10,653 bases of DNA from Trueperaceae bacterium (GTDB lineage: Bacteria; Deinococcota; Deinococci; Deinococcales; Trueperaceae): positions 1 through 10,653 of the forward strand of contig DASSXV010000050.1 of assembly GCA_035703635.1 (NCBI GenBank), read 5' to 3'. Below are positions 8,182-10,653 of this stretch, one piece after another. Position numbers and translations under genes: made by a program. How positions within the stretch are numbered: position 1 is the first letter of the stretch; each line of letters opens with the position of its first letter. The notes beneath the pieces were generated by a model. It had not been told where the DNA came from. It saw only the letters and a list, made by a program, of their open reading frames with translations, and ran no database searches.

Positions 8182-8211
8182 TTGCGGTAACCCCAGCCTA
8201 GGGTGTACAGT
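8182..8211 (+). promoter_or_regulatory. Putative sigma-A promoter of the str operon (TTGCGG-18 nt-TACAGT)
   Basis: -35-like TTGCGG at 8182-8187 and -10-like TACAGT at 8206-8211, predicting a start near 8218. Confidence 0.55.
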
Positions 8212-8226
8212 ACCTAGGTTTGTTTG
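8195..8226 (+). terminator. Possible intrinsic terminator after purK
   Basis: Stem CCTAGG 8197-8202 / CCTAGG 8213-8218 (extendable by AG/TT), followed by TTTGTTTG. The stem is modest and the loop is 10 nt. Confidence 0.35.
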
Positions 8227-8364
8227 CCCTCGGCCCGCAGCGTTGGGTCCAGGGCCAGTTTGTCGTGTGCTGCCGCGAAGGCCGCGAACGACGTTCAGGC
8301 TATGAGTTCGCGGCCTTATCGCCGCGCCCAAAATCCTCGGGCGCGAGACCACACGAGGGAGTGA
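8226..8364 (+). promoter_or_regulatory. Structured 5' leader of rpsL (hairpin plus three-way junction next to the SD)
   Basis: Hairpin 8226-8255. P1 TCGTGTG 8263-8269 / CACACGA 8350-8356; P2 AAGGCCGCGAAC 8278-8289 / GTTCGCGGCCTT 8306-8317; P3 CGCGCCC 8323-8329 / GGGCGCG 8339-8345. SD GGAGTGA at 8358-8364. Confidence 0.6.
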
Positions 8365-8369
8365 TCGTT

Positions 8370-8768
8370 CTGCCGACCGTCAACCAGCTGCTCCGCAAGG
8401 GGCGCAGGAAGATCGAGAAGAAGAGCAAGACCCCGGCACTCAAGGGGTCGCCGCAGCGTCGTGGCGTTTGCACCGCCGTCAAGACCCAGACGCCCAGGAA
8501 GCCGAACTCCGCGTTGCGCAAGATCGCGCGTGTTCGCCTGGCCGGTGGCCAGGAAGTCACCGCCTACATCCCCGGAGAGAAGCACAACCTCCAGGAGCAC
8601 TCGGTAGTGCTCATCCGTGGCGGCCGTGTCAAGGACCTCCCGGGCGTTCGTTATCACATCGTCCGCGGCACGCTCGACGCTCAAGGCGTCGGTGTCGGCC
8701 GGTACGTGCAGCGCAATAAGAGCCGCAGCAAGTACGGCACGAAGAAGCCGAAGGCGGGGAAGAAGTAA
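8370..8768 (+). CDS. rpsL: 30S ribosomal protein S12 (CTG start)
   Basis: (M)[11 protein letters not shown]...PNSALRK...[29 protein letters not shown]...RSKYG. The conserved Met1 position is CTG 8370, 8 nt after GGAG. 132 aa. Confidence 0.98.
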   Translation: MPTVNQLLRKGRRKIEKKSKTPALKGSPQRRGVCTAVKTQTPRKPNSALRKIARVRLAGGQEVTAYIPGEKHNLQEHSVVLIRGGRVKDLPGVRYHIVRGTLDAQGVGVGRYVQRNKSRSKYGTKKPKAGKK

Positions 8769-8771
8769 GCC

Positions 8772-9242
8772 ATGGGACGTAGAAGACGCGCCGAGATCCG
8801 CCCGCTCCAACCAGACCTCGTTTACTCCGACACGACCGTCACCGCCCTGGTGAACAAGTTGATGCGCGATGGCAAGAAGAACACCGCCAGCCGCATCTTC
8901 TACGGCGCCTGCCGCCTCATCCAGGAGCGTTCTGGTCAGGAGCCCCTCAAGGTGTTCCGTCAAGCCCTCGACAACATTCGGCCCCGCATCGAAGTGCGTA
9001 GCCGCCGCGTTGGTGGTTCCACTTACCAGGTGCCGGTCGAGGTCATCCCTCGCCGCTCGCAGTCGCTAAGCCTGCGTTGGCTCGTAGCCGCATGTGACGC
9101 TCGTCCCGAGCGCACCGCCGTCGAGCGCGTCGCCGGCGAACTCCTCGATGCCGCCGCTGGTCGCGGTGGCGCCGTTAAGAAGAAGGAGGATGTCGAGCGG
9201 ATGGCCGAGGCGAACCGCGCCTACGCCCACTACCGCTGGTGA
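8772..9242 (+). CDS. rpsG: 30S ribosomal protein S7
   Basis: Motifs MRDGKK, EVRSRRVGGSTYQVPVEV and MAEANRAYAHYRW. 156 aa, 3 nt downstream of rpsL. Confidence 0.99.
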   Translation: MGRRRRAEIRPLQPDLVYSDTTVTALVNKLMRDGKKNTASRIFYGACRLIQERSGQEPLKVFRQALDNIRPRIEVRSRRVGGSTYQVPVEVIPRRSQSLSLRWLVAACDARPERTAVERVAGELLDAAAGRGGAVKKKEDVERMAEANRAYAHYRW

Positions 9243-9251
9243 ATCTGGCGC

Positions 9252-9275
9252 GCTCGTTGGCTTACGGCAGCGAGC
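9252..9275 (+). other. Intergenic hairpin between rpsG and fusA
   Basis: GCTCGTTG 9252-9259 pairs with CAGCGAGC 9268-9275 (one G-U pair). There is no U-tract, so it is not a terminator. Confidence 0.5.
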
Positions 9276-9304
9276 ATGGGTAGAGCGACTAAGACAGACT
9301 TGAT

Positions 9305-10653
9305 ATGACGACTACGATCACTGACCTTCACAAGACACGCAACATCGGTATCGCCGCGCACATCGACGCTGGCAAGACCACGCTCACTGAGCGCATCCTG
9401 TTCTTCACTGGCCGCATACACAAGGTGGGCGAGACCCACGAAGGTGCGGCGCAGATGGACTGGATGGCGCAAGAACGCGAGCGCGGGATTACCATCACGT
9501 CGGCCGTAACTCAGGCGTTCTGGCACGATACCCGCATCAACGTAATCGACACGCCCGGGCACGTCGACTTCACCATGGAAGTCGAGCGCAGCATGCGCGT
9601 GCTCGACGGCGCCGTGGCTGTCTTCGACGCCAGCCAGGGTGTCGAGCCACAGAGCGAGACCGTGTGGCGCCAGGCGGACAAGTACCACGTGCCGCGCATC
9701 GCGTTCGCCAACAAGATGGATAAGACCGGCGCATCGTTCGACCTCGTGCTGTCGTCCATGGCCGACCGGCTTGGCGCCGTCGCCGTGCCGCTCCAGTGGC
9801 CGATCGGCGCTGAGGACTCGTTCGAAGGCATGATCGACCTCGTCGAGATGAAGGCCATCTACTATCACGACGACCTAGGTAAGACCGTCGAAGTGGAAGA
9901 GCTGCCGGCCGAGCTCCTCGGCATCGCTACCGCGAAGCGCGACATCATGATCGAGCGCGTGGCTGAGTTCAACGACGACGTCGCCATGCTCTACCTCGAG
10001 GGCGAACCGGTACCGGAAGACCTCCTGCGCGCCGCCATCCGCAAGGGCACCATCGCGCTCGACTTCTACCCAGTGGTGTGCGGCGCAGCGCTCAAGAACA
10101 AGGGCGTGCAGCGCCTACTAGACGCCATCGCCGCCTACTTGCCTTCGCCGCTCGACATCCCGCCGATCCCAGGCGTCAACCCAGACAGCGGTGAGCCGGA
10201 GACCCGCGCCGCCGACATCGAGGCCCCCACCGCCGCGTTGGCGTTCAAGATCGCTACCGACCCGTACGTTGGGCGGCTCGTCTTCGTGCGCGTGTACTCG
10301 GGCTCCCTCAAGTCAGGGTCGTACATCTACAACGTCAGCAAGGGCCGCCGCGAACGCATCGGCCGTCTGCTGAAGATGCACGCCAACTCCCGCGAAGAAG
10401 TCGATTCGATCGACGCGGGTTCGCTCGGCGCCGTCGTCGGCCTCAAGGACACGACGACCGGTGACAGCCTCGCGGACGCGGACCACCCGATCATCCTCGA
10501 GTCCATCGACGTGCCGGAGCCCGTCATCACCGTCGCCATCGAGCCAGCCTCGAAGGCCGACCAGGACAAGCTCTCCAACGGCCTCATCAAGCTGACGGAG
10601 GAGGACCCGACCTTCCGCGTCGAGTCCGACCCGGAGACCGGCCAGACCAAGAT
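9305..10653 (+). CDS. fusA: Elongation factor G (5' part, truncated by the window end)
   Basis: Manual translation: [32 protein letters not shown]...[11 protein letters not shown]...[10 protein letters not shown]...FANKMDK...[18 protein letters not shown]. The first and last segments are in the same frame, in the canonical position after rpsG. Confidence 0.99.
   Translation, partial: MTTTITDLHKTRNIGIAAHIDAGKTTLTERILFFTGRIHKVGETHEGAAQMDWMAQERERGITITSAVTQAFWHDTRINVIDTPGHVDFTMEVERSMRVLDGAVAVFDASQGVEPQSETVWRQADKYHVPRIAFANKMDKTGASFDLVLSSMADRLGAVAVPLQWPIGAEDSFEGMIDLVEMKAIYYHDDLGKTVEVEELPAELLGIATAKRDIMIERVAEFNDDVAMLYLEGEPVPEDLLRAAIRKGTIALDFYPVVCGAALKNKGVQRLLDAIAAYLPSPLDIPPIPGVNPDSGEPETRAADIEAPTAALAFKIATDPYVGRLVFVRVYSGSLKSGSYIYNVSKGRRERIGRLLKMHANSREEVDSIDAGSLGAVVGLKDTTTGDSLADADHPIILESIDVPEPVITVAIEPASKADQDKLSNGLIKLTEEDPTFRVESDPETGQTK

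Noticed and set aside
8278..8317. 12-bp inverted repeat as an intrinsic terminator, MITE or tRNA
   Set aside because: No U-tract, no target-site duplication or second copy, and no tRNA T-loop or cloverleaf. It is better explained as a leader helix.
8220..8369. 50-aa N-terminal extension of S12 in the ORF track
   Set aside because: Not S12-like, covers the structured leader, and the SD is positioned for CTG 8370.
9240..9275. UGA plus hairpin as a selenocysteine insertion (SECIS) signal
   Set aside because: The UGA is at the normal S7 C-terminus (HYRW*), not at a Cys-equivalent position, and the hairpin does not resemble the fdhF-type SECIS.
8316..10650. Long antisense ORFs (8316-8963, 9230-9868, 10327-10650)
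   Set aside because: Shadow frames of strongly codon-biased GC-rich genes (rpsL, rpsG, fusA), with no recognisable motifs.

Overview
GC-rich, gene-dense core-genome window, most likely from the phylum Deinococcota. The S7 sequence, a CTG-started rpsL and leaderless TANNNT promoters suggest a Truepera/Deinococcus-like organism (inference, no search run). Gene order: 3' end of an unidentified gene, dusA (+), acyl-CoA dehydrogenase (-), aroH (+), large ArsR-HTH regulator (-), 93-aa hypothetical (-), MOFRL glycerate kinase (+), sua5-purE-purK (+), a structured 196-nt intergenic region, then the str operon rpsL-rpsG-fusA (fusA runs off the end and is missing from the ORF track). No mobile element, CRISPR array or RNA gene is visible, and I see no clearly novel multi-gene system. 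The most interesting signals are regulatory and translational: a three-way-junction leader next to the SD of a CTG-initiated rpsL; an S12 with the K43R streptomycin-resistance residue and a 5-aa insertion; an 18-nt bidirectional leaderless promoter between the hypothetical/ArsR pair and a motif-divergent glycerate kinase; a probable second CTG start (dusA); and an rpsG UGA whose read-through frame ends on the SD-less fusA start.
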